Shown here: one piece after another, positions 1-18,360 of the stretch
How positions within the stretch are numbered: position 1 is the first letter of the stretch
Layout: each line of letters begins with the position of its first letter
NCBI GenBank assembly: GCA_002269645.1
Contig: NIVC01001432.1
Coordinates: 25,714 to 89,713, forward strand
DNA length: 64,000 nt
DNA from: Macrostomum lignano
Taxonomy: Eukaryota
Direction: 5' to 3'
Notes under the pieces: generated by a model
The model's database searches: none
The model's input: the letters and a program-made list of their open reading frames with translations, nothing else
What the model was told of the DNA's origin: nothing
Position numbers and translations under genes: made by a program

Positions 1-180
1 GAATAAAGGAGAAGAGATGAGACATAACACGAGAGAAGGGATTTAATTGAAGAGGAGAGAGAAGAGAAGGGAGAGAAGTTAAGGGAGGAGATTAGAGAGA
101 AAACATATGAGAAGATACAAAATTTAAGCGGGTCGGATTGCTATTGTGAAGTTTCAAAAGCAAAGCATGTGGCGCGCGAC
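1..180 (-). mobile_element. Fragment of a GA/CT-tract-bearing MITE family (same family as 62467-62830), running off the window start
   Basis: Reverse complement of ~110-160 (aaacttcacaatagcaatccgacccgcttaaattttgtatct) aligns by eye to 62540-62585 (aaacttcataatagcaatccagcatgcttaaggtttgtgtct); both adjoin purine/pyrimidine low-complexity tracts. Confidence 0.45.
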
Positions 181-435
181 AAAAAATAAAAATCATGATG
201 CTACGGTAATATTAATAGAAATAATAATGCAATAATATAGTACCAGCTATTGATAATATTAATTATCTATAATAACACTATTCTTTATAATAAGACTAGC
301 CCACTAGCTACTAGTTAATACGTGAGTAATTATTATAAAATTAAATTAAGGTGAATTGCTTCCATGGCTCAAAAAACTGCACCGATTAGCTACATCATGC
401 GAACAGTAAAAAAGTCTGTCAAAAGAAATGCTTCG

Positions 436-6553
<6,118 letters not shown>

Positions 6554-7789
6554 TCTAAAAAATTGAAAGTTTAAAATTAAGATTATAGGCTATATGTTTT
6601 CGTTACAGAAAAATTTCTGTCTTTAATTAAGGCAGGCGGGACTGGATTGTATCAGTAAAATATAATCTTTCAATTAGCCTTAATTACTATTTTTGGCATA
6701 AGCCGTCAGTTTGTGAACAAGGTACAAGCAGAAAGATTGCACAATCTTGTGTAATACTGACGGCCTGCACTAGCTGTGTCTAAAGTTATCATAGTGTTTT
6801 GCCGCAAAAATGGCCAGTTTTTACTAAACATGGAACCAATGCCGGGAATTCCGCGGGAAAACCGTACTCTTCCCAATCCTAAATCCACAATTAGCACGGC
6901 GAATTTTACACGCGCGCGAAAAGCTTCTAATTCATATTAAATAAATCTACTGTAATATATACAAATACTTGCACTACCTGTTACTGCAGCGTGGCTCCTC
7001 TTTCGACACTTAAGCTACTTTATTAAGTTTCGTTCAAGACTAGAAGATGGCTCGTATACAAAAATGAGCTGGGCTGTATGACTCTTTAAGAAAGGATGGA
7101 GAGGTTCAAAAAGAACCGAAGCGCGGAAGCGTCTATATTTATTTATATTGCTGATGAAGGTCTCGGAATATTCTACAAGTTTTCACACGATATAACAAAG
7201 ATGCCAGAATGGGAGTTTCTAGAAAAGCACAGAACTTCTGACTTATGAATTAGTTGGAAATTTCTAGAATATAATGTTTATTAGCATACTGCAGCTTACC
7301 TTCTTGAAATATAATGACGAAACTTGAAATTGAAGCTGAGTCTACTGGTAGAATGCTCCGAATGAAAGAATAGCAGTGCAGTGCAGTCTAATAGTTGTTG
7401 CAGCTGGGGTAGGCAACGTAGTTATTACGTTTTTTCGTTTTGGGGGGCAGGCAAGACAGTTAGAATGGCCTCTATGTACACGGAGTGATGCCAGATAGAG
7501 TTAAATGTACGTGCAACTACCAAGCAATCTCTTTCCCAACCGTTCCCCTAATTCTACACAGCGGATGCCAGCACTAATGCTGGGACAAATCTATCGCGGG
7601 ATTTGGAGTGGAGCTGAGTGTCTCAGCTGCGGTTTGGACGGCCAAAGAAAATGCTTATTAATTTGGAGCTGCCTTGATATTTCTGAAGTGTCTACTTGTA
7701 GTAGCCTAAGTTAAAGCACTTAAAACGGATTATTGTGACACGTCTGATTCTAAATTGTCTGACTTTGAATTCTATGATTGTGAGACTGT

Positions 7790-7955
7790 CTTATAATGTG
7801 AATTGTCTGATTATGTGAATTGTCTGATTATGTGAACTGTGCGATTATGTGAATTGTCTGATTATGTGAATTGTCTGATTATGTGAACTGTCTGATTATG
7901 TGAATTGTCTGATTGTGTGAATTGTCTGATTATGTGAACTGTCTGGTTGTGTGAA
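7790..7955. repeat. 15-bp minisatellite tgtgaa(c/t)tgtctgat (~11 units)
   Basis: Same unit as the 31530-32120 array; marks one end of the duplicated block. Confidence 0.95.
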
Positions 7956-8056
7956 TTGTCATTGATAATGTGATTAAAAAAGTCTTTTTTACAGGATATT
8001 GGCCTAAAAAAATTACACGATCTTTGAGTTTTACTATAGTGGTCCTTATCCTGACC

Positions 8057-8672
8057 ACCTCCTGAAAGCCTGGGACTGCAGAACCGTTCTCAAGGAACAA
8101 AACCCGGACAAGATCGACAAGATCATCGCAGATACTTCAACCGTAGATCTAAATTCATTCACCAACTCATGCACTCTTAGCACAGAATCGTCACTCACCG
8201 TGGACAAAAGTGTCATATTCCACGGAGTTGCCGCGGCGGCTGCAGCACTCGCCTCAATCCGGCACTGATGCCTCGGAGTCGGATAGGAATCGAACGATTC
8301 GAACGTCACATTGACCGGATATCCGGCTAGCCAAAGAGGTGGAGCATCCAAACGCATGTTGCTGGGATTCACTGGAAATGACAATATTTAGCAATCATTT
8401 TTATTATTTTTATTTAAATGTCAGGATTTAATGTTGTGATATAGGACTAGTGTATAATTATGAAAGATGAAAGATCCTGCATTTTCCACCAATTTAACAA
8501 GTGTAACTAACCGTTCATTTCCAGGACTTGTTCAATCTGCCACCAGCTGTAACCTGAGGCAGTGCCGCCGTGCCTGGAAGCGCAGCGTAGGAAGCCCCCG
8601 TGATAGTTCGGGCTGGCCTCGAATTCGAAAACGCAGCTTTGAGTGCCGCCGGATGTGAGGCCTGTGTGGAGT
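8057..8672 (-). CDS. Two exons (8672-8512 and 8371-~8057) of an immunoglobulin-superfamily protein with tandem C2-set/nephrin-Kirre-like domains; rest of gene not located
   Basis: Acceptor ggagctag|, donor AACG|gttagt, acceptor tcatttccag| are phase-compatible. Spliced product ...SCVFEFEASPNYHGGFLRCASRH...IEQVLEMNVNPSNMRLDAPPLWLAGYPVNVTFESFDSYPTPRHQC...SGFCSLRT fits tandem Ig strands. The 3' donor of the second exon is uncertain. Confidence 0.62.
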
Positions 8673-8699
8673 CTAGCTCCAAATGAATAAGAATAAGAT

Positions 8700-8860
8700 T
8701 GTGCACGAGCGTGCGTGTGAGCCTCGTAGGCCAGCTCGATCTTGGTTCGTAGCTTCTTACAGAGGCGCCAGGCCTCGGGCTTCTTTATTTATCTCTCTCT
8801 GCTTCCCAGCTTGGGGGAAGACCTTCCCTACCAAAACGCGATTGTCTCTAATCAGTCACA
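8700..8860 (-). mobile_element. 3' LTR (161 bp) of the Ty3/Gypsy element
   Basis: TGTG...CACA termini, AATAAA on the minus strand, immediately after the pol C-terminal RRSARTRQEPDRL motif. No 5' LTR in the window for comparison. Confidence 0.7.
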
Positions 8861-10075
8861 TCCGGGAGTTCCCGGTTTAGTGTACAGCAGCCGGTCCGGT
8901 TCCTGTCGCGTTCGCGCTGAGCGGCGCATCTGCGGCGATTCGACGTCCCTCGCCGGCTGGCCCGAATCAACTTCAGGGGCCGAGCTGGCGAACTCCGCGT
9001 CGCCGGCCTCATCGCCGGCTCGGTCCGTCACGTCGCCGGTCTCACGGTCTCAGTCGACAGGCGGCTGGCGGCTAGCGGCGTCGGCATAGTTCGTGGCCGC
9101 AGCTGGTCGGCGTGCCGGCGCTCGATGACGCCATCCCGGGTCTCCACTCGGTAGCTGAGTGGCCCGGTCTGCTCTGTCACCCGGCCTTCCGTCCAACGCT
9201 CTGCGCCACGGCGGTAATCCCGCGCCCACACCTGGTCCGGCAGTTGATCGGCGTGGCGAGCCTTGCGGTCGTGGAGCTTTTTCTGATCTGCCTGAGCACG
9301 AAGAACCCGGTCTCGAGTAGACGGCCGCATCAGATCCATGCGCGTCCGCAGCCCCCGGCCGAGCATGAGCTGCGCCGGGGCCCGGCCAGTGGTTGGGTGT
9401 TGTGTGGCGCGGTAGCCAAGCAGCCAGTTCTGCAGTCGCTTGTCGGCGTTCCCTGCGTCCGCCTGGCTGGACTTCATGGCCCGCTTGAAGCTGCCTACCA
9501 GGCGCTCCACCAGGCCGTTGGTCTTCGGGTGGTATGGGCTACTGCGGATGTGCTTAATTCCGTTGCTCTTGCAGAAATCTTGAAACTCCGCACTAGCGAA
9601 GGCTGGCCCGTTGTCAGACACGATCTGGTGTGGCAGCCCCCACTGGGCGAAAAGACGCCGCAACCGCTTCACGACCTCAGCGCTTGTAAGACTGCTGACT
9701 TGCTCTACGTGTGGCCACTTGGAGTGTGCGTCCACAACTAGAAGATAGTTCTGGCCCTCCACGGGACCCGCGAAGTCCATGTGGATCCGCTCCCACGGTT
9801 GGTCCGGCCAGATCCAGGGGTGAAGTGGCGCCGTAGTCTCCGGCCGCGTCATCTGGCACTGGCTGCAGGAGCCAGCCACCCGCTCGATGTCTTGATCCAG
9901 GCCAGGCCACCACACGAAGCTTCGCGCCACCGACTTCATTCTCACGATGCCGGCATGATCAGCGTGCAGCTCTTGCAGAACGCGAGATCGCAGTGCCGCA
10001 GGGATGACGACCCGCGCCCCCCCCCACAGCAGGCAGCCCTCCTCCAAACTGAGCTCATGTCGCCGTAAGGTAAGG
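8852..10075 (-). CDS. Integrase portion of pol (frameshifted)
   Basis: LHADHAGIVRMK...C..C, IHMDFAGP, IVSDNGPAF, TNGLVER, RRHADQL; the C-terminal RRSAR motif lies in another frame after an ~8-bp duplication. Confidence 0.9.
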
Positions 10076-12560
10076 CTCTTGACTGCCGCGCCAGGCGTGC
10101 GGCCATCCGTCACGCGTGTACCGCAACACCTCCTGGAGGTCGGTGTCTCGTTGACTGGCGCTAGCAATGTCTTTGGCCAGCAGTGGCCAGTCTTCGCTGC
10201 CCTGGCCCTCTTCGTCTGTCCAGAACACCCCTCTGGAGTCGTCGGCTTCCAACTGGGTCGCCAGGGGTAGCCGTGACAGGAAGTCAGCGTTACCGTGCTG
10301 CTTGGTGTTTTTGTAGCGGATGTCGTAGTCGTACGCGGCCAGCGTGAGCGCCCATCGCTGCAGACGTGCTGCTGCTGTCGCCGAGACGCCGTTTTTCGGT
10401 CCAAAGATGCTCGTCAGGGGCTGGTGGTCAGTGATGATGGTGATCTTCTGGCCGTATGTGTAGTTGTGAAACTTCTTCATGCCAAAGATGATCGCCAGTG
10501 CCTCCTTCTCGATCTGAGCGTAATTCTTCTCCGCGGCGTTCAAGCTCCGTGAGGCGAAGGCGATCGGCTTCTCGGTTCCGTCAGGCACCACGTGGGAGAT
10601 GATGGCTCCAATGCCGACGGAGGAGGCATCCGCAGCCAGTATCAGCGGCCAGTCGGGGTTGTAGCCAGTCAGCACGGTGTCTGACGCAAGTGCCTCCTTC
10701 AAAGCCTCCCAGGCCGACTGCTGGCTCGCTGTCCACTCCCGCGCGGTGTCCTTGCGAAGAAGCTTGTACAGCGGGGCCGCCTTTGTCGAGAAGTTAGCAA
10801 CATGCTTGGCGTAGTAGTTTGCCAGACCTAGAAAGGACCGCAACTCGGACACGGTTGTCGGCTTCGGGCTGGCTCTGATGGCCTCGACCTTCTTTGGACT
10901 CTTCCGGACCCCTTCGCTGCTAATAAGCGAGCCCAGGTACTCCACCCCGCTCTCAAAGAACCTGCACTTCTCTAGCTTGAGTCGGAGTCCAGCTTTGCGC
11001 AAACGGTTCAGAACCTCCCGCAGATTACTCAGGTGGTCCTCCGAGTTTTTCCCTGCCACCAAGATGTCGTCAATCCGGCAGCAAGTTGAGCTGGCACCCT
11101 GCAGCACAGACTCCATGATCTGCTGGCATAGCGCAGGCGCCGAGCTGACTCCATATGGAAGTCGCTTGAACTTAAACAGTCCCTTGTGGGTGTTGATGGT
11201 GGTCAAGTCTTGGCTGGCCTCGTCCAGTGGAAACTGCAGGTAGCATTCCGACAGGTCCAGCTTGGAGAAGATCTTGCCGCCGCCGACCGCGTCGTAGAGC
11301 TCCTCTGGCGTCGGCATAGGGTAGTGGTCGATCTTCAGCTGCGGGTTCAGCGTGACCTTGTAGTCACCGCACAGTCTGATGGTCCCGTTTGGCTTGCTTA
11401 CGGGCACGACCGGAGTCGCCCAGTCGCTATGCCGAACGGGCTCTATCACCCCTACTTCCTGCATCCGCTGCAACTCCGCGTCGATCTTGGACTTCAGGGC
11501 GTACGGCACGGGTCGGGCCTTGCAGAACTTGGGCAGCGCGTCCTCTTGCAGCCGCAGCTTCACACTGTGCTGGGTGAAGTTGCCCAGGCCCGGCTCGAAC
11601 ACGTCCGCAAACTTCTGCAGCAGGCCGTCCAACTCTGGTGGCGCTGTTGGCGTAGCTGAGATCTCCGGTGGAACTGGATCGCTGATGGCGAAGATCTCCT
11701 TCCAGTTCAGCCGAATGTTCCTTAGCCAGTCCCGGTCCATTAACGGGCTTGCCTTCTCTAGGCTGGTGACTATCAGGGGCAGCTCGCAAGTCTGCGTGCC
11801 GTACTGCACTTCCACATTCGCAGACCCCAGCACTGGGATGCTCTCGCCTGTCCAGGTGCGCAGTTGAACCTCGGCGTTCTGTAGTCGCGGCCGACCCAGC
11901 TGCTTCCAGTGCTGCTTAGATACGAGGCTGGCGCAAGCTCCGGTGTCCACCTGCATCCTCAGCGGTCGCCCGTTGATGTGTAGCTGAGCACTCAGGTGCC
12001 TTTCCTTACCGCTGCAGACCTGGGAGATCCACGTCACCTTTGCCGAGTCGTCGCTTTCCCCGCCGCGGTGCTCCTCGCTCTCGTCTGGGTGAACGGCCCT
12101 GATGGACTTTCTGTTCTTGTGGCCACTGAATTTCAAGCCGCTTTGCTGACTGCTAGGAGCCCCTCCGGCGCAGGTCTTTTGGCTCGATAGACAGACGGCC
12201 TTCAAGTGGCCCAGCTTGCCACAGGCGTGACACTTGGTGTTCCGGTGCTGGCACTCCGCCGACAGGTGCTGCCTGGAGCCACAGCGCATGCACGGCCGTC
12301 GTGGTGACGCGGCTTTACCGACCAAATTGACCTCCGGCTTGGCGTGCCAGCTGTTGGCCTCCGCTTCCGCGATTTCTGCTGCTTGAGCGATTTCCTTGGC
12401 CTTCTCGAGCGTCAGGGTGCTGACAGTCAACAACCGCTTCTGCACTTGCGGCTCCCGGAGTCCACAGACGAAGCAGTCACACAATGCGTCTTCCAGAAAA
12501 GTTCCGAAGTCGCAGGTCTCCGCCAGACTGCGGAGGGTGGCCAAAAACTGTGCAGCCGAC
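10055..12560 (-). CDS. Gag-protease-RT-RNase H polyprotein portion (partial)
   Basis: ORF track 10055..12619; the residues N-terminal to PSAAQFL come from flanking DNA. Motifs CMRCGSRQHLSAEC, CHACGKLGHLKAVC, MQVDTGA, CRIDDILV, YAQIEKEALAI. Confidence 0.9.
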
Positions 12561-12565
12561 GGGGC

Positions 12566-15500
12566 AAAGTCAAAACGAGGGCATCGCGAGTTTACACCAT
12601 TCAAACTTTGTAATACCAAATTGTATCTGTTTTCTAATGAGTATGGCCGGTTAAATCTTGCATTAAACTGTGAATTATAAATAATTTTACTATAATCTAA
12701 GTAAAATTAGTCTTTTTCGCTCCTCTAAAAGACAAAATATGTCCTTTTCAGCGATAATTTTTTTGGCGGAAATTCAACCACGTTGAACACGTGTGAAAAA
12801 AATTCTATATAATTTACAAATAAGGGCTAAAAATGTATGAATTAATGTAGTTGGTGAAAGTTTTAAGTTAATTTGCATTAAATGCATGCATGAGTAATGC
12901 TTTATTTGTATAAACCTTACTGTAGTTCGAATATTCTTCGTTTTGGTAGTAAACATTGATTATGACATCCCACCTATATGCTCATATGAGAATATGTTAA
13001 AAACTAATCTAAATTGATGTATCCAATTGGATTATTCACTTTTACATTTTAGAAAATAATTTAGCATAAAATCGATGCTTTTTATTGAAAAAGCCTAATA
13101 TATTACTTATTGTATAACCATTCTATAACAATATAAAAATACTTTTTAATAGTTAGAGAGCACAAAGTGATTTTCTCCAGTAGTCTGTTGCATCAAAATG
13201 AATAATTTCCAGCTTTTAGAATTGAAATATGTTATTACACACCTATCAAGCTTGAAGCATTTTTTTTCTTTACTAAATGGTACTCTTTGTTGGCTCTTAA
13301 ATGCCATAAATGTTAGTTTTTGTCATGATTTTTTTCTCCGGAAGCCCACTGTGTGGAGCATGTACAATGAAAAGCTTAGATATTTCCTCAAGGCACTGCA
13401 AAGAACCCTATAAAGAAGCATTTTTTTGGCTTTGCAGCAGGGACAACCTAATATAATTTTATTGCCATTTAATGTATATTTTGTAATGAATTAGGCTTTA
13501 TTTATTTTTAATGATAGTTATTCTGCTTATTTCATACTGAATAATTTGAGGTAAATTTTGTAAAAATTACTTTAAACATCTTTTTATTGACCATCACTTA
13601 AAATTTTTTATGACTAGCAATTCTAGTCTAAGATCACCAGATTAATCAGATTTCACTTACTAACACCAAATAATCAGGTCTGATTGACTTTAAATTTACT
13701 TTAAATTCATTGGTCTGCTTAACTGACATCAGATTTACCTAGGATCAATAATTTTGGGGCATCATGAAGGTTATAGCATTGTAACAGACTATGTAATCAT
13801 GCTTAAATAACTTGGAACTCATAATTTAATATCTTGAAATCTGCATGGTGCTAGAATCCTATTGGAATAGAAAGAAGACAGCAAAAAATACAGACAAAGT
13901 GTTCACTCATTATCTCTCTAATAATAAAATGTTCATCTCCACAGATGTACCTTTCAGCTGTTTGGAAACGGAATGAAAATAAAAATCGCTACAAATCGCT
14001 ACACGCAGCAACAACTTGTGTCAACATAATTGACAACCATTGTAGAGAACCCCACCTCTTATGTTCGGCGGGTAGTCGATCAGAATCCAGTCTGGCGCAT
14101 CGCTGCAAGTTGGACTCTGTCACTCAGCTTTGTTCGACACAAGCAGATTTTGAGCACAGTCTGGCAGTATGCTGCACTTCAGTTTCAGCAGGGCCAATCT
14201 GAGCTGCTCGAGCAGAGTTTGAGAACACGCGCAGTATGTGCTTCCTTATTTTCACTTTTACGTTGCAATTTGGCCTCTTTTGTATCGACTTTTCTGCGTT
14301 CGCTCTGGCATGAGAGTACGAGCCCTCTTCAGCGTGGTAGCGTTGTAATGTTCTAGCTTTGAAAGCTAGGATGCTTTTATTTTTACTATAGCATACTCCT
14401 TATATAACTAATAAGTGCTTTTTAAGCTCAACCAGCTATGTACCTGTGATGTGTGGCTGCCAGCAGCCACGTATTAGTTTATGGGTATATGCTTGGCTTA
14501 CAGACCCACAATTGATAGACTGCAGGAACAAGCGCGAAACGATTGACGAGCTCTTGCTTAATTTCAACAAATATACGAGTAAACGAGCCTACGATTTAAA
14601 ACACGACTTCCCAAACACATTGATCGGATAATAAAAAGTTTTATTAATAAAGCAGCATCAGCTCAAATATTTTAATCTATGGCCATGGACGTATAGAGCA
14701 GTCTGCACAGACCAGAACAGAAAATCAATATGGCTACCTCAAGAAGGGTAAAAAAGATATCTGGGTGGGGGGCATGGTTATGATCCTATCCAAACAGTTT
14801 CAATACAAATGTGAATCTCACAGAGCTCTAAATGAAGCTCTTAATGCCTCTTGATTTAGTGAAAAAGATGAACAGGCAACAGAAATAGGTTTTAGAATTT
14901 TTAGGCACAAGTAATAAATTCCTGAAGCAGAAGTTTTATTAACTTAAATGCAAAACAAGATTTTTGGTATAGCCACTAGGCCCATACAATAAAACACACT
15001 ATAAAACATAAGGTTCTAAAAAGGTGTGTCTTGTGGTCTGAGAGAAAATGTAGGCCACATAGCCACCAGAATCTTGGGTGCCAGAATCCAAAAGTAGCAG
15101 CGCAGCACCTGAACCAGTTGTGGGCAGAAGTGGCCTGCTAGGTGCAGGAGTCGCCAACATTGCAACAGGTTGCTCAGACAGATCAGGTTGGTTCATGGAG
15201 AAAGCACTAGACTCACTCAACCAAATGTAAAGGTAACATATAGCAAGTCCACCAGTTTCATTGTTTAAGTAAGGCCTCAGGTTTAGAGCTCAGAATGAAA
15301 GGCATATCATAAAATGCAGCTGAGAAGATCTCCCAAAGAAGTCCTGGCATGGCTGAAATTAAAGTGAAAAACATTTAACATATTTTACTTACATTTAAGT
15401 CTAAAAAACTTCTACTAAAGCAAGTTAAGAATTTATTGGTATATTATATATACAATAGTATAAAAGGAAACACTCCTGCTAGGCATTTAAAGCCAGTTTG

Positions 15501-16844
15501 TAAACAATAAAATATATAATAAAATATTGCTATTTTCTAATTTTTTAAAAAGCAAATATATCAGGTTTTGCATTTTTAACTTTTAACATGTTCTAAGTTC
15601 TTAAAGCTCATAATGTGAGTTTTAAATGAAATAAATGTAACAAATAATGCAAATGAAAACATATTGCAATTATACATTTTAAAGAATAGTGCAAGTCACA
15701 TTTTATATAGCTTTTTACATTGCAAATTATATGAAACTATAAAGTTAAAGTTTAAAAAAAGTTATTACCTGTTTTACTTGCTACTTGTTAATTATTTAGC
15801 AATTTAAATTATATATATACTTCAAAGTGCATAGTGATGGCTATAATAAACAGTATCATTATCAGTAATCATAAGGTAGATTATCACTTAGCTAAGGCCT
15901 AATGGCTTTTATAAAAAAGCATATATCAGTTTCGAAGTAATTCTAAGCTGTAAAGCTGTACAAAAATTTATATTTACATTATATTTTTTATTACTACGTC
16001 ATTAGCAAAAAATAAAATAGGCCTAAGACACGGACAGTTAAATATAAATAGCAATCTGAACTAGACTACAAATTATGCCTCAGAACAAAAATATAGTTAA
16101 ACAAGAGCGTGGGTGGATAAAGCTATTTTATAAAAAAACTTGATAGACACCTTTATTTGTCATTCTATTCAGTAAAATTATTTAAACCTCAGTCTCATGA
16201 GTCATTTGCCTATTCATAAGCCGTGGCTTATAAAATAAAGCATATATCTAGAATCCTCGATCGATTATTGTTCATGAATTAGATAGATAAGCAGAAAATT
16301 GATGCTAGACGTTTGCAATGCTTGAAATACAGAAGTCAGTAATCAATATCTAAATCTCATATTTAATTCAATCCAAAAAAGTTTGCTGATATTTCACATC
16401 CGTAAAAAGAACCAGGCCAAACATCAATAATAAATAAAGTACTTATTAACATGAAACTGATAACTAAATTAACGAGAGTATTTCAGAACACAAACAGGCG
16501 CGACGTAAACAAAGTAAGCAGTTTAACAAAATCCAGCCTAATATTTATTTAAAAAATATCTATTGCAATATTTACCTAATTTTTTTCAGATAAAAACTAC
16601 TTTTACGGGTTTGTATAAAACATTTATTTTTATAATACTTTATTTAGTTTCTGATTCTGCGTCCGTACAGTTCCGTAAAAGTAAAGATTAACAAATGGGT
16701 AGGAAATTTATTAAGAGGTGTATTTTGTGCTTTAAAAATGTTTTTTTGAGACCACTTAACGGAAATATAAAAAATTGTATAAAAAATTACCAATTGATAC
16801 AACAAATTTTTTTCTACATTTTCTGACTCCCCAGTTTTGACTTT
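12566..16844. mobile_element. Putative ~4.3-kb AT-rich DNA-transposon relic with short terminal inverted repeats (Kolobok-like?)
   Basis: aaagtcaaaac at 12566-12576, exactly where the Gypsy gag is cut, and its reverse complement at 16834-16844 (16/20 identity when extended); TTAA overlaps the right end only. No intact transposase seen. Confidence 0.4.
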
Positions 16845-17409
16845 AACCGCCTAACTATTTCTTAGAATTTCATTTAAATATTTCTGGGTAGCGTTCTTAG
16901 TAGCGTTTCTGGTAGCGTTCTTAGTAGCGTTTCTGGTAGCTTATGGCTTGCTTTCTGGTAGCGTTCTAGTAGCTTATGGCCTGAGCGGTCTAGTACTGGT
17001 ATATGTATTAGTGTATAGTCCTAATCGGGCGTTCACCGAGACTAGAGGGTCACGGCGCCTCTCTTAGTATATCTCCAGGAATTAGTCCCAATTCCCTTCT
17101 CTTAGCAAATTTCTTAGAATCGTTTCACAGGTTTTGCAAATGAAGAAGTCGCTATTTAGCTCAAAGACTTTGAAATGGTTTAGATTGAACTGCTTATTCT
17201 GTTCGCAATTATTTGCTCACGGGTAAAAGACAGTTAGAGTATATTTGTCGCGAAACCGCTCCTATATATAGTGATTTTCCCCACATACGATTAAAACAAA
17301 AAATAATTCTCCAATTTATTTGGCTCAACCGCCTGAAAGTTAGCGATGTGGCAGTCCATTAATGTGGCAGTTGCAGGCCTAAAGTTAAGTAACTCAGGTT
17401 AACTAACTG

Positions 17410-18360
17410 GCCCAAACCAGCCCTAGGAAGCTCAAACTAGCCCTGGAAAGCTCAAACTAGCGCTGGAAAGCTCAAATTGGCGCGGGAAAGCTCGAATTGG
17501 CGCCGGAAGCTAAATTTGGCGCCAGGATCCCCAAATTGGCGCCAGGATCGCCGAATCAGCGCTGAAATGCTGAAATCAGCGCGAGAGGACCCAAACTAGC
17601 CCTGGAAAGCTCAAAATAGCGCTGGAAAGCTCAAATTGGCGCGGGAAAGCTCGAATTGGCGCCGGAAGCTAAATTTGGCGCCAGGATCCCCAAATTGGCG
17701 CCAGGAACCCCAAATCAACTCAAGAAGGCCTAAACCAGCCCTAGGAAGCTCAAACTAGCCCTGGAAAGCTCAAACTAGCGCTGGAAAGCTCGAATTGGCG
17801 CGGGAAAGCTCGAATTGGCGCCGGAAGCTAAATTTGGCGCCAGGATCCCCAAATTGGCGCCAGGAACCCCAAATCAACTCAAGAAGGCCTAAACCAGCCC
17901 TAGGAAGCTCAAACTAGCCCTGGAAAGCTCAAACTAGCGCTGGAAAGCTCAAATTGGCGCGGGAAAGCTCGAATTGGCGCCGGAAGCTAAATTTGGCGCC
18001 AGGATCCCCAAATTGGCGCCAGGAACCCCAAATCAACTCAAGAAGGCCCAAACCAGCCCTAGGAAGCTCAAACTAGCCCTGGAAAGCTCAAAGTAGCGCT
18101 GGAAAGCTCAAATTGGCGCGGGAAAGCTCGAATTGGCGCCGGAAGCTAAATTTGGCGCCAGGATCCCCAAATTGGCGCCAGGATCGCCGAATCAGCGCTG
18201 AAATGCTGAAATCAGCGCGAGAGGACCCAAACTAGCCCTGGAAAGCTCAAAATAGCGCTGGAAAGCTCAAATTGGCGCGGGAAAGCTCGAATTGGCGCCG
18301 GAAGCTAAATTTGGCGCCAGGATCCCCAAATTGGCGCCAGGATCGCCGAATCAGCGCTGG
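17410..18360. repeat. Higher-order satellite: ~159-bp unit made of eight ~20-bp subunits rich in TTGGCGC
   Basis: Unit starts at 17732, 17891, 18050; subunit gaaagctcaaattggcgcgg. Confidence 0.92.

Larger units (their letters stand above)
8700..12565 (-). mobile_element. Ty3/Gypsy LTR retrotransposon (Mag-like, fused gag-pol), 5'-truncated and decayed
   Basis: Gag LAETCDFG..FVCGL, two CCHC knuckles, protease VDTGA, RT, RNase H LAADAS, integrase HHCC and DF/SDNG/NGLVER core, GPLSY; frameshifts near 10067 and 9045. Confidence 0.95.
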
